Positions 40,542 to 50,030 are shown, numbered from the stretch's first letter. The stretch: DNA of 57,347 nucleotides from a bacterium (GCA_037446635.1 JBBIIG010000008.1:53184-110530); one strand, 5' to 3'. Numbers and translations are program-made. Notes: a model not told the origin generated them from the sequence alone.

Positions 40542-42041
40542 ATGAAAACGAACAAACAGCGTTTCATCGAAAAAATCAAACAGTACCATTTTGAGCTGCG
40601 CCACGTGCTGGTTTTGTTTGTGATTTTTGTGGCGGTACAAGTGCTGGTTTCGTTCGTGCAAAAAATTTCGCTGCAGGAATTCTTGGTGGACACCCAGGAC
40701 TCCTACCAAAAAGATTCTGCCGAGCGCGTGGCCAATCTCACCACTACCTCCCTCGAGCTGCTGCTGGAAGCTGCGCCGCATGCCCTCGCTCGCGGCGAAG
40801 AGGGCCCGAAAAAAATCATCGAAGCTTTCAACATTATTTTGAGCCAGCAGCTTTTGCTGCAGCACGTGGACGAAGTGTGTGTGCTGGTGGCCATTCGCGA
40901 GCAGATTTTTGCCATTGACAACGGCCGAGTTTTGTACGAATACTTTTTTGCTAACCCCGACTCGCTGCCGCCGCCCGATCTCCCCCACGATAGCGCCATT
41001 CAGCTTTACCGAAATATCAGAACGGCAATGATCGCCTCCGAGCAGGTACGCAGCATTTTAGAAGGCCGCCAGACCTTTCATGTCTTTGTGCCCTTCGTTC
41101 CCAAAGGGGAATACGCCGGCGCAGTTTACATCAAAAACACGCCGGACTTCACCTTCATCACCAAAGAGATCATCGCCGGGTTCAACGAATCCAGTTTGAT
41201 TTTCACCGGTTTGATGCTGTTCGGCCTGCTGGCGATGTTTTACGTTTCCTCCTACACCGTGCGCGAGCGCGACGAAGCCCAGCAGCTTCTCTTCAAAGAA
41301 CGAGAGAACCAGCTCGAAGAGCGCATTCATTATCAGAAAGAAACGATGTTTGCCAAGCGCATTTACCACACCCATCACAAAGCCGAAAAAGTGATGGGCT
41401 TCATCAAAGAGGATTTGATCAAAATTGCGGAAGACAACCTCGAGGAGATCAAATATCGCGTGGCCAAATACGCCAATTTCATTTCGCGGGTGATTTACGA
41501 CATGAAGTGGTACGAACCGCCGATTCAGGCCATCCGCAATCCTATTTTCAAAACCGATCTCAACGAGGTGATTCAGTTTGTGGTCAACCACATTTGCCTG
41601 CGCAGCGCCCGGCGCTCGGAGCTCTACAAATTTGAGCTCGATCTCGATCCCCATTTGCCGCCGGCGCCCATCAACGAATTTGTAGTTTGGGAAATTCTCG
41701 AACCGCTGTTTCAGAACAGCATGGATCACAACGCCGACCGCCGCGTGGCCATCACCGTGAAAACGTGTTACGACGCCGGGCGCCGCGAATCGAAAATCAT
41801 GATTTCCGATAATGGCGCCGGCATTCTGCCGGAATTGTTGCAGACCAACGAGCACGGTGTCAAGCACATTTTTCTCGAAAATATCTCCACCAAAAAATCG
41901 GGACAGAATTCCGGCTACGGCTGCTACATCGCGCACGAGATTGCTACCGAGCGCTGCGGCTGGAAATTGGATGTTGAAAATTTAGCGGAAGGCGGCTGCC
42001 GCTTCACCATCGTCGTTCCGCATGTACGAATCGACGATTGA
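40542..42041 (+). CDS. Membrane sensor histidine kinase with an atypical H-box
   Basis: Two transmembrane helices and an HATPase domain (QNSMDH, DNGAGI, STK, GYG). Putative H-box IYHTHHKAEK. Confidence 0.78.
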   Translation: MKTNKQRFIEKIKQYHFELRHVLVLFVIFVAVQVLVSFVQKISLQEFLVDTQDSYQKDSAERVANLTTTSLELLLEAAPHALARGEEGPKKIIEAFNIILSQQLLLQHVDEVCVLVAIREQIFAIDNGRVLYEYFFANPDSLPPPDLPHDSAIQLYRNIRTAMIASEQVRSILEGRQTFHVFVPFVPKGEYAGAVYIKNTPDFTFITKEIIAGFNESSLIFTGLMLFGLLAMFYVSSYTVRERDEAQQLLFKERENQLEERIHYQKETMFAKRIYHTHHKAEKVMGFIKEDLIKIAEDNLEEIKYRVAKYANFISRVIYDMKWYEPPIQAIRNPIFKTDLNEVIQFVVNHICLRSARRSELYKFELDLDPHLPPAPINEFVVWEILEPLFQNSMDHNADRRVAITVKTCYDAGRRESKIMISDNGAGILPELLQTNEHGVKHIFLENISTKKSGQNSGYGCYIAHEIATERCGWKLDVENLAEGGCRFTIVVPHVRIDD

Positions 42042-42101
42042 CAATTTACATTTTGCTGGTTGTCTGACTATGAAGGGTGAATGGTTTAACTTAAGAGGCC
42101 T

Positions 42102-43556
42102 ATGATTAACGTCGAGCGCATCAACATCCTTATCATCGAAGACGAAGAATACGACGTGCGGCGCATCCGCAACACCATTCAGCCGTTTGCGGGCCGCATT
42201 CAGATCAAAGACGTCGTCTCCGACGGCCAGAGCGCGCTGGAGCTGATTGAGAAAAAACGCGACTACGATGTGGTGATCATGGATTTTCAGATCGTCGGCG
42301 GTTTGAAGGGCGAGACGCTCATTCGCAAGATCAAACAATTAGACGAGACCCTGCAGATCATCGTGGTCACCAAGATGACCATGAACCTCACCGATTTTGA
42401 ATTCGCCAACAAGCTGCTGGAAGCCGGCGCCATGTGGTATTGCACCAAATACCCCGGCGACATCGAAGAATACATTTACCAGCCCACGGATTTTGTGCTC
42501 AGCATTTTCAACGCCCACGAAAAACGCAAGCTGCAGCGCGAGCGCTTGAAATCCAATCGCCGGCTGCAAAGAAATATTGATGAGATGCTGAGTGAGAAGC
42601 AAATCATCGGCGAGTCGAGCGCGATGCAGAAGCTGCGCGAGCAAATCGCGCAGTGCTCGCAGTCCAACGCCACGGTGCTGATTCTTGGCTCCTCCGGCAC
42701 CGGCAAAGAGCTGGTGGCGAGTCACATTCATTATAAAAGCGAGCGCCGGCTGGAGAATTTTGTACCGATCAATTGCGGCAGCTTGCCGGATAATTTAATC
42801 GAAAGTGAATTGTTCGGCTTTGAGAAAGGCTCATTCACCGGTGCCGACGCCAAAAAGAAAGGGCTGTTCGAGCTGGCGGACAAAGGCACGATTTTTCTCG
42901 ATGAAGTTTCCGAGCTGCCGCTCTCCGCGCAATCGAAATTGCTGCGCGTGCTGCAGGAGGGGGAGATCGACAAAATCGGCCGCACCGAAAAAGTGAAGGT
43001 GGACGTGCGCATCATCGCCGCCACCAACCGCGATCTACTTCAGGAAGTGAAGGAAAACCGCTTTCGGGAGGATTTGTACTATCGGCTGAACGTAGTGTGC
43101 CTTTCGGTGCCGCCGCTGCGGCAGCGCCGCGAAGATATTTCGCGGCTGATTTTCTACTACCTCAACCACTACAGCGCCGATATGAATCGCGAGGCGCCTA
43201 AAATTTCGGACGAGGCCATGACCGTGCTGGTGAATTACGACTGGCCCGGCAACGTGCGCGAGGTGCAGAACGTGGTGCAGCGCTTTCTGTTTGCCGGCGC
43301 GAACTCCATCGACGTCCGGCTGGTGAAAATGGCGCTAGGGATTCCCGGCGAAACCGCGGCGCGGGGCGATGGATTGGCGAACGAGTTTTTCGATAAAAAC
43401 AAAATTCGCCCCTGGCGGGAAATGGAGCAGATCTTTCAGGAGCGCTATTTTCGTTTCGTGCGCGAGCACACCCGCTCCGACGCCGAAGCCGCCCGCCTGC
43501 TGGGGCTCGCCCCGCCCAATTATCTGCGCATGTGCAGGCGGCTAGGGCTGAAGTGA
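42102..43556 (+). CDS. NtrC-family sigma54-dependent response regulator
   Basis: Receiver domain (IEDE, IMD), GSSGTGKE, ESELFG..GSFTGA, FLDE, WPGNVRE and a C-terminal HTH. Confidence 0.93.
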   Translation: MINVERINILIIEDEEYDVRRIRNTIQPFAGRIQIKDVVSDGQSALELIEKKRDYDVVIMDFQIVGGLKGETLIRKIKQLDETLQIIVVTKMTMNLTDFEFANKLLEAGAMWYCTKYPGDIEEYIYQPTDFVLSIFNAHEKRKLQRERLKSNRRLQRNIDEMLSEKQIIGESSAMQKLREQIAQCSQSNATVLILGSSGTGKELVASHIHYKSERRLENFVPINCGSLPDNLIESELFGFEKGSFTGADAKKKGLFELADKGTIFLDEVSELPLSAQSKLLRVLQEGEIDKIGRTEKVKVDVRIIAATNRDLLQEVKENRFREDLYYRLNVVCLSVPPLRQRREDISRLIFYYLNHYSADMNREAPKISDEAMTVLVNYDWPGNVREVQNVVQRFLFAGANSIDVRLVKMALGIPGETAARGDGLANEFFDKNKIRPWREMEQIFQERYFRFVREHTRSDAEAARLLGLAPPNYLRMCRRLGLK

Positions 43557-43621
43557 TCTATCCTGAATAATTCACGAATAGCGAAGTGATGATGGGGGTT
43601 GGGCTGGTCGTAGCCCGAAGG

Positions 43622-43726
43622 CTCACGGCAATACTCACGGCAAAACCGCCAGTCTTGTAACGTGTCACAACGGCAATGTAAGCCTGAGTAATCGCAATGC
43701 AACACCTACCAACGGCAATGCAAGCC
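43622..43726. repeat. Phased short direct repeats and a dyad between convergent genes
   Basis: CTCACGGCAA x2, dyad TTGTAACGTGTCACAA, and GCAATGYAA at 43673, 43694 and 43715. Confidence 0.65.
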
Positions 43727-43790
43727 GTACCGGTTGTTCAACGGTCTCCCAAAGTTCAAGGACATAGCGCCTACGCATTTCGCTCTCCCG

Positions 43791-44474
43791 TCACTGAACC
43801 TTTTCTCTGCGAAGCGGATCACTCTCCGGCAACACGCGGTTGAGTATTTTCCAAACATTTTCGGCAATAATGCGATGCCCCTCTGCGGTGGGATGAATGC
43901 GATCAGCCTGGTTGAGCTCGGGCACGCCGCCGACGCCTTCGAGCAGAAACGGGATGAGCGCGGCGTTGTTCTCTTTGGCCAATTGGGGAAATAGGTCACG
44001 AAATGATTTCGTGTAAGCCAGCCCGAGATTGGGCGGCGCTTGCATGCCCGCGATGACAATTTTCGCCTGCGGGTACGCGCGTCTGGTTTTATCGATGATG
44101 CCCTGCAGATTTTTGCGGGTGACCTCGATGGCGATGCCGCGCAGGGCGTCGTTGCCGCCGAGCTCTAAAACCAGCACATCGATCTTCCGCTTCAGCAGCC
44201 AATCGATGCGGCGCAGTCCGCCAGCCGACGTTTCGCCGCTCAGCCCGGCGTTGATTACTTCAAAATTCCATTTCAGCGAATCGATCTTTTCCTGAATGAG
44301 CGCCGGAAACGCCAGCGCTGGATTCAACCCAAAACCGGCGGCGAGGCTGTTGCCCAAAAACAAGATCGTTTTGGGCGCGTCGTCTTTCGCAGAGTGTGTC
44401 GATTGCGCCGGCGTTTGCGCGGCAACTGCAAAGAAGAACAACAGAAACAGCAACAGAAATTTTATTCTTAACAT
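43791..44474 (-). CDS. tesA: Arylesterase / acyl-CoA thioesterase I (SGNH/GDSL)
   Basis: GNSL, NAGLSGET, GGND and DRIHP motifs. Divergent from ybbA. Confidence 0.88.
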   Translation of the reverse strand: MLRIKFLLLFLLFFFAVAAQTPAQSTHSAKDDAPKTILFLGNSLAAGFGLNPALAFPALIQEKIDSLKWNFEVINAGLSGETSAGGLRRIDWLLKRKIDVLVLELGGNDALRGIAIEVTRKNLQGIIDKTRRAYPQAKIVIAGMQAPPNLGLAYTKSFRDLFPQLAKENNAALIPFLLEGVGGVPELNQADRIHPTAEGHRIIAENVWKILNRVLPESDPLRREKVQ

Positions 44475-44572
44475 GATTTCCCCGTTTGGAACTATCAACT
44501 TTCAATAACGTCTAAAGAGTCGTTTGATTTTGCAATCTAACAAACCTATATTACGATTTCAATGAATACGTT

Positions 44573-44603
44573 ACCCTCCGGTGGCTCATAGCCACCGGGG
44601 GGA
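44573..44603. repeat. REP-like hairpin CCCTCCGGTGGCT-CAT-AGCCACCGGGGGG
   Basis: Near-perfect 13-bp stem in the tesA/ybbA divergent region. Confidence 0.65.
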
Positions 44604-44627
44604 TAAAAGAATCGTTAAATTAACTCA

Positions 44628-45353
44628 ATGCAAATGAACTCAATCTTAAGCGTCGCAAATCTAACTAAATCCTACCACAGCGGCTCGACCCTGCTCACGG
44701 TTTTGCACGATATCAATTTAAGCATCGCGGCTGGCGCCAGTTGCGCCATCGTCGGCCCGTCCGGCAGCGGCAAAACCACGTTGCTGGGATTGTGCGCCGG
44801 TCTCGATCTGCCAACTCACGGCGCGGTGATGTTGAACGGCGTCGAATTGAATCGACTCTCTGAAGATGAACGTGCCGCGGTGCGCAATCAGCACGTTGGA
44901 TTTGTGTTTCAAAATTTTCAGCTCATACCAACTCTAACGGCGCTGGAAAATGTCATGGTGCCGCTGGAGCTGCGCGGCGAAAACGGCGCGCATCCGCGCG
45001 CTAAAGAACTCTTGCATCAAGTGGGATTGGGCGAGCGCCTGCAGCACTACCCGGTGCAGCTTTCCGGCGGCGAACAGCAGCGCGTGGCGCTGGCGCGCGC
45101 GTTTGTCAATCGCCCGCGAATCTTGTTTGCCGATGAACCCACCGGCAACCTCGACTCCGAAACCAGCAAACGCATCGAAGACATTCTGTTTCAACTCAAC
45201 GCAGAACACGGCACCACGCTGGTGATTGCGACTCACAATCTCGAGCTGGCCGCGCGCACCGGCCGCGTCATCAAGTTGAAAGGCGGTGCGGTGGTGTCGG
45301 ATGAACCGACGAATCATGCGGCGGATGTAAAGGAAATAGGGTATAAGGTATAA
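44628..45353 (+). CDS. ybbA: ABC transporter ATP-binding protein (YbbA/LolD-like)
   Basis: [16 protein letters not shown] and ADEPTGNLD motifs, and synteny with tesA. Confidence 0.85.
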   Translation: MQMNSILSVANLTKSYHSGSTLLTVLHDINLSIAAGASCAIVGPSGSGKTTLLGLCAGLDLPTHGAVMLNGVELNRLSEDERAAVRNQHVGFVFQNFQLIPTLTALENVMVPLELRGENGAHPRAKELLHQVGLGERLQHYPVQLSGGEQQRVALARAFVNRPRILFADEPTGNLDSETSKRIEDILFQLNAEHGTTLVIATHNLELAARTGRVIKLKGGAVVSDEPTNHAADVKEIGYKV

Positions 45354-45410
45354 GGTATAAGGTATAAGGAAATAAGGACTTCTCTATCCCCCTATTACCC
45401 TATACCTTAA
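45330..45410. repeat. Heptamer tandem repeat (GGTATAA x4) with a degenerate inverted arm
   Basis: Read directly. It supplies the last codons and stop codon of ybbA. Confidence 0.85.
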
Positions 45411-45443
45411 ATAACCAATTACAAAAGAATCACCCCAATCATC

Positions 45444-46547
45444 ATGGATCTACACAACCTAGGCTGGGACGAACACTTTGAGAAAGTCTTCGCCCCATTC
45501 AAAGACAGCGGCCTTGCACCGGCGCGGGTAACCATCGAAAATCGCGAGCGTTATCAAATCGCCGCCGAGATGGGCGAGTGCCCGGCCGAAGTTACCGGCA
45601 AATTTATGTTCAGCGCGGACTCATCCGCTGACTTCCCAAAAGTCGGCGATTGGGTGGCGGTGACGTTGTTTGAGTCCGAGCAGAAGGCGATCATTCATGA
45701 GTTGCTGCCGCGCAAAACCAAGTTCTCCCGCAAAGTCGCCGGCAAGACTTTTGACGAACAGGTGATCGCTGCCAACCTCGACGTGATTTTCATCGTCCAG
45801 AGTTTGGATGAAAACTACAACCTGCGGCGCTTGGAGCGCTACTTGGTGATGGTGCACGAAAACCGCATCGCGCCGGTGGTGGTGCTGAATAAAACGGACC
45901 TGTGTCCGGAATTCGAAGAACGCGCGGCCGCTGTCCGCAACCTGATGCCGGATCTCGAAATCGTGTCGGTCAGCGCCAAATCGAATTTTGGCATCGATGC
46001 TTTGAAAAGCATCATCAAAAAAGGGATGACGTTTGCGTTCATCGGATCGTCCGGCGTGGGAAAATCGAGCCTCATCAACCGACTGGTTGGCGAAGAGATT
46101 TTTAAAACGGCTGAAGTACGGCAGACCGACTCCCGCGGCCGCCACACCACGACCCGCCGGCAATTGATTGTGCTGCCGGACGGCGGCTGTTTGATCGACA
46201 CGCCCGGCATGCGCGAATTGCAACTGTGGCCCGCCTGCCTGAGGCCCCTGGCGGGCAGGCAGGCCGAGGACGGCATGGACGAAACCTTCGCGGACATCGA
46301 GCGGCTTTCCGCAAATTGCCATTTTGCGGATTGCATGCATACGTCGGAAATCAAATGCGCGGTGTTGGCTGCGGTTGCCAGTGGCGAGTTGCCGGAGGGA
46401 CGCTATCAAAATTATCTGAAAATGCGCAAAGAGCTGGCGCATCTCGAATCAACCATCAGCAAAGAAAGTTTTTTAGAACGGAAGCGCAAAGAAAAAATCT
46501 TGCACCGCGAAATCAATCGGATCATGAAAACCAGCAAAAAGAGGTAG
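45444..46547 (+). CDS. rsgA: Ribosome small subunit-dependent GTPase A (long type)
   Basis: NKTD, GSSGVGKSS, RGRHTT, DTPG and CHFADCMH...C motifs. Confidence 0.93.
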   Translation: MDLHNLGWDEHFEKVFAPFKDSGLAPARVTIENRERYQIAAEMGECPAEVTGKFMFSADSSADFPKVGDWVAVTLFESEQKAIIHELLPRKTKFSRKVAGKTFDEQVIAANLDVIFIVQSLDENYNLRRLERYLVMVHENRIAPVVVLNKTDLCPEFEERAAAVRNLMPDLEIVSVSAKSNFGIDALKSIIKKGMTFAFIGSSGVGKSSLINRLVGEEIFKTAEVRQTDSRGRHTTTRRQLIVLPDGGCLIDTPGMRELQLWPACLRPLAGRQAEDGMDETFADIERLSANCHFADCMHTSEIKCAVLAAVASGELPEGRYQNYLKMRKELAHLESTISKESFLERKRKEKILHREINRIMKTSKKR

Positions 46548-46570
46548 GGGCGTATGGCCATACGCCCTAC
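46544..46570. repeat. GTAG-type REP GTAGGGGCGTATGGCCATACGCCCTAC
   Basis: Palindrome missing one C. Its TAG is the rsgA stop codon. Confidence 0.8.
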
Positions 46571-46634
46571 CTTGCGGGAAATTCAATTTCCAAAATTCAG
46601 AAGATTGCAAATCACCAACGAAACGTTCCCCGCG

Positions 46635-46735
46635 TGTCATTCGAGCGCAGCGGAGTCGAGAAATCTGGAAAATAGCATACTGCTTGCTCCGCCAGATTCC
46701 TCACCCTGACAAAAAGGTTGGCGTTCGGTATGACA
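46635..46735. repeat. TGTCATT...ATGACA ~100-bp palindromic element
   Basis: Terminal TGTCAT/ATGACA and inner GAGAAATCTGG/CCAGATTCCTC stems. Confidence 0.7.
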
Positions 46736-46759
46736 TCTACCATAATTCAGCTTATCAAT

Positions 46760-49339
46760 ATGAACACTTTTAACACACCCAAAACCAAAAAATCCCCCGG
46801 CTGGCTTTTCAAAATGGCCTGGCGCGACAGCCGCACCCATCGCAGACGATTGATGCTGTTCATGACCTGCATTGTTTTGGGAATTGCAGCGCTGGTGGCG
46901 ATTGGCTCCTTCGGCCGAAATTTGGAGAGAGCCATCGACGAACAGGCCAAGACACTGCTTGGCGCGGATTTGCTGCTCGCCAGCCTGCAGCCATTCACGC
47001 CGGAAAGCGAAGCGCTCATCGATTCCCTCGGCGGCGAGCAAGCCCGCGAAACCACTTTTGCTTCGATGGCGCTGTTTCCAAAAACCGGCGACACCCGGCT
47101 CGTGCAAGTGCGCGCGATGAAAGGCAATTTTCCCTTTTATGGAAAACTGCTAACCGACCCCGCAAACGCTGCCGCCACTTATAAATCATCCGCGAGCGCA
47201 CTCGTCGATGAAGCTTTGCTGCTGCAGTTTGACGCCAAACTCGGTGATTCAATCAAGATCGGCGAAAAGAATTTCCCGATCGCCGGCAAAATCAAAAGCA
47301 TTCCCAGCGAGCCGCCCATCGCCAGCACCTTCAGTCCGCGCGTTTTCATCGCGCTGGATGAGGTTGATGAAACCGGTCTGGTGCAGCGCGGCAGCCTCGT
47401 CAACTATCGCGTCTATTTCAAATTCGATGATAATCGCGACATGGTAAAACTCGAGCAGGCCCTCGAGCCGCATCGCAATCGCTATCGCCTGCGCGTCGAT
47501 ACCGTGGCCGAACGCAAAGAGGACGTTGGCGAAGCGCTGGGAAATCTCTATCGCTTCCTCAACCTCGTGGGATTCGTGGCCCTGATTTTGGGCAGCATCG
47601 GCGTGACCAGCGCGGTGCACGTTTACACCAAACAGAAGCTCGGCAACGTCGCCATTCTGCGTTGCGTTGGCGCCCGCGCCCGCGATACCTTTCTCATCTA
47701 CCTGATTCAGATCGCGGTCATGGCGCTGACCGGTTCTCTCATCGGCGCGCTCGTTGGTGTGGGCATTCAAATCTTTCTGCCGCGAGTTTTTGAGGATTTT
47801 CTGCCGGTGCAAATTGAAACCGCCGTTTCTTTGCCAGCGATTTTGCAGGGCGTCGGCATTGGACTTTTGCTGGCGCTGCTGTTTGCGCTGCTGTCGTTAA
47901 TTGCGGTTCGCAAGGTCTCGCCGCTGTTGGCGTTGCGTGCATCATTCGAAGAAAACACTCCTGCGAAGAAAGACAACCTGCGATGGCTCATTTTCGGCGC
48001 GTTGATTTTAGCAGTCACCTCGTTTGCGATTCTGCAGACTCAGAATCTCGTGTTCGGATTGAGCTTCACCGGCGCAATGGCGCTGGCGTTTGCGGTGCTT
48101 GCCGGCGTGGCCAAGGCCATCACCGTGCTTGCCAAACGATTTTTCCAGTGGCGCCTGTCTGCGCAGGCAGGCTGGCCGTACGTCTGGCGGCAGGGGCTGG
48201 CCAATCTTTATCGACCGAACAACCAGACGCTGGTGCTGCTGCTGGCGGTCGGCTTGGGAACGTTTTTGATTACCACTCTCTATTTATCCCACAGTTCTCT
48301 TTTGCAAAAAGTGGTGTTTGTGGGCGGCGGCGATCGGCCCAATTTGATTTTGTTCGATGTGCAGCCGGATCAAAAAGAGGCCGTCGCCGAATTGATCCGC
48401 GCGCATGAGTTGCCGATTTTGCAGGAAGCGCCGATGGTGACGATGCGTATTCAATCGCTCAAAAGCCGCACCGTGGAAGATATTCTGAATGATTCCACGC
48501 GCACGGCCTCGCGCGGACTGTTGAACTGGGAATACCGCACCACCTTCCGCGCGAATCTGTTTGAGTCGGAGGAAATTGTTGCTGGCAAATGGGTGGAGCA
48601 AATTGCGGCGGATGCGTCCGTGATTCCCATTTCCTTCGAGGAGGGCGCGGCGCAGCGGCTGGGCGTCGGCGTGGGCGATACCATCGTGTGGAATGTGCAG
48701 GGCGTGCCGCTCACCACGGCGGTCGCCAGTTTGCGCAAAGTCGATTGGCAGCGCATTCAAGCCAATTTCATGGTGGTGTTCCCGGAGGGCGTGTTGGAAA
48801 GCGCGCCGCAGATTTTTATTTTATCGACACGGGTGGAAACCACGGAGAAATCCGCCGAGCTGCAGCGGGCAGTGGTGCGCGCCTTCCCCAACGTCTCGAT
48901 GATCGACCTCGCGCTGGTGCTCAGCACCTTCGATGCCTTTTTGAGCAAGATCGCGTTTGTGATCCGCTTCATGGCATTTTTCAGCATTGCCACGGGACTG
49001 ATTGTGCTGGCCGCGGCGGTCATCACCAGCCGCTACCAGCGCATTCAAGAAAGTGTGCTGCTGCGCACGCTCGGCGCCACGCGCAAGCAGGTGACGCGCA
49101 TCATGGTGATCGAATACATATTCCTCGGCGGCTTTGCCGCGCTCACGGGTTTGCTGCTCTCCTATTTAGGCGGCTGGGCGCTGGCCTATTTCGTCTTCGA
49201 TGTCGTGTTCGTGCCGACGCTGCTGCCGTTCATCATCGTTCTGCTAACGGTGATCGGCTTGACGGTGTTGATTGGCGTCCTCAACAGCCGCGGGATTTTG
49301 GATCGTCCGCCGCTGGAGGTGCTGCGCGTGGAGGGATGA
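46760..49339 (+). CDS. ybbP: ABC transporter permease (YbbP/FtsX-like)
   Basis: MAWRD, LLGADL and two FtsX-type transmembrane modules (AILRCVGA, LLRTLGA). Start uncertain. Confidence 0.85.
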   Translation: MNTFNTPKTKKSPGWLFKMAWRDSRTHRRRLMLFMTCIVLGIAALVAIGSFGRNLERAIDEQAKTLLGADLLLASLQPFTPESEALIDSLGGEQARETTFASMALFPKTGDTRLVQVRAMKGNFPFYGKLLTDPANAAATYKSSASALVDEALLLQFDAKLGDSIKIGEKNFPIAGKIKSIPSEPPIASTFSPRVFIALDEVDETGLVQRGSLVNYRVYFKFDDNRDMVKLEQALEPHRNRYRLRVDTVAERKEDVGEALGNLYRFLNLVGFVALILGSIGVTSAVHVYTKQKLGNVAILRCVGARARDTFLIYLIQIAVMALTGSLIGALVGVGIQIFLPRVFEDFLPVQIETAVSLPAILQGVGIGLLLALLFALLSLIAVRKVSPLLALRASFEENTPAKKDNLRWLIFGALILAVTSFAILQTQNLVFGLSFTGAMALAFAVLAGVAKAITVLAKRFFQWRLSAQAGWPYVWRQGLANLYRPNNQTLVLLLAVGLGTFLITTLYLSHSSLLQKVVFVGGGDRPNLILFDVQPDQKEAVAELIRAHELPILQEAPMVTMRIQSLKSRTVEDILNDSTRTASRGLLNWEYRTTFRANLFESEEIVAGKWVEQIAADASVIPISFEEGAAQRLGVGVGDTIVWNVQGVPLTTAVASLRKVDWQRIQANFMVVFPEGVLESAPQIFILSTRVETTEKSAELQRAVVRAFPNVSMIDLALVLSTFDAFLSKIAFVIRFMAFFSIATGLIVLAAAVITSRYQRIQESVLLRTLGATRKQVTRIMVIEYIFLGGFAALTGLLLSYLGGWALAYFVFDVVFVPTLLPFIIVLLTVIGLTVLIGVLNSRGILDRPPLEVLRVEG

Positions 49340-49344
49340 TAATA

Positions 49345-49474
49345 TTCCCCTCTTGGGATGGGTTAGGGGTGGGTCCATTCGACATTCGAAATTCCTTGTT
49401 CGATATTTATTTTTATTCCGATTGGCCTAAAAGACGAATATCGAATATCGAACAAGGAATGCTGAATCTCGAAG
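49345..49474. repeat. CCCCTCTTGGGA.GGG..AGGGGTGGGT element followed by a TTCGA-heptamer family with a 17-bp perfect inverted repeat
   Basis: ATTCCTTGTTCGATATT (49391-49407) and AATATCGAACAAGGAAT (49444-49460). Truncated second copy at 50436-50490. Confidence 0.8.
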
Positions 49475-49519
49475 TTGCAAAATAGAATGGAATATTTGAG
49501 AATGGGAGATTTTGAAACT

Positions 49520-49804
49520 TCACGCAGACTCAGAGAGTTGATGCTCTTTCTGCGGATGCGTCCGATCAGTTACGCCTAACAACAGGTATTCTACGCTGAT
49601 ATCCTCATCGATTTCATCCCAATGAAGGCCTGTTCCACCTCCGCTAATTTCGTAGGCTTCGCGCTGTTTGGGTGTGGCGTTAAGCAGACGTGGGAAGTAA
49701 GCCAGCGGCACACCCAGTTTTCGGCCATCGGCAAGCTCGATCCACATGGCGTCCGAATCAAAAGTGACCTTTCGTGCAAGCGCTTTATTCTGGAAAAAAC
49801 TCAT
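49520..49804 (-). CDS. DUF2442 domain protein (putative antitoxin)
   Basis: LADGRKLGVPLAYFPRL...GLHWDEIDEDISV motif. Confidence 0.88.
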   Translation of the reverse strand: MSFFQNKALARKVTFDSDAMWIELADGRKLGVPLAYFPRLLNATPKQREAYEISGGGTGLHWDEIDEDISVEYLLLGVTDRTHPQKEHQLSESA

Positions 49805-50030
49805 TCCATTTCCTTTCGATTAGTTCTTTATTCTCTTTGACCACCTTCGCTAGCTCACGGAGTTCTGCCGGCGACATGTCATAGGATTCAGCAACACGAA
49901 CTTCCGGTAGCACCCAAAATTTGGCAACGGCGCCACCTTTTCGAACATGAACATGCAAGGGTTCGCGAGGATTTCCTTCGTTTGCCCAAAAGAAAAAGCG
50001 ATAACCCTTGTGTCTTAATATGACCGGCAT
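49785..50030 (-). CDS. DUF4160 domain protein (putative toxin)
   Basis: MPVILRHKGYRFFFW..E...EPLHVHV...AKFW...WNEFF. Overlaps the DUF2442 gene. Confidence 0.88.
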   Translation of the reverse strand: MPVILRHKGYRFFFWANEGNPREPLHVHVRKGGAVAKFWVLPEVRVAESYDMSPAELRELAKVVKENKELIERKWNEFFPE

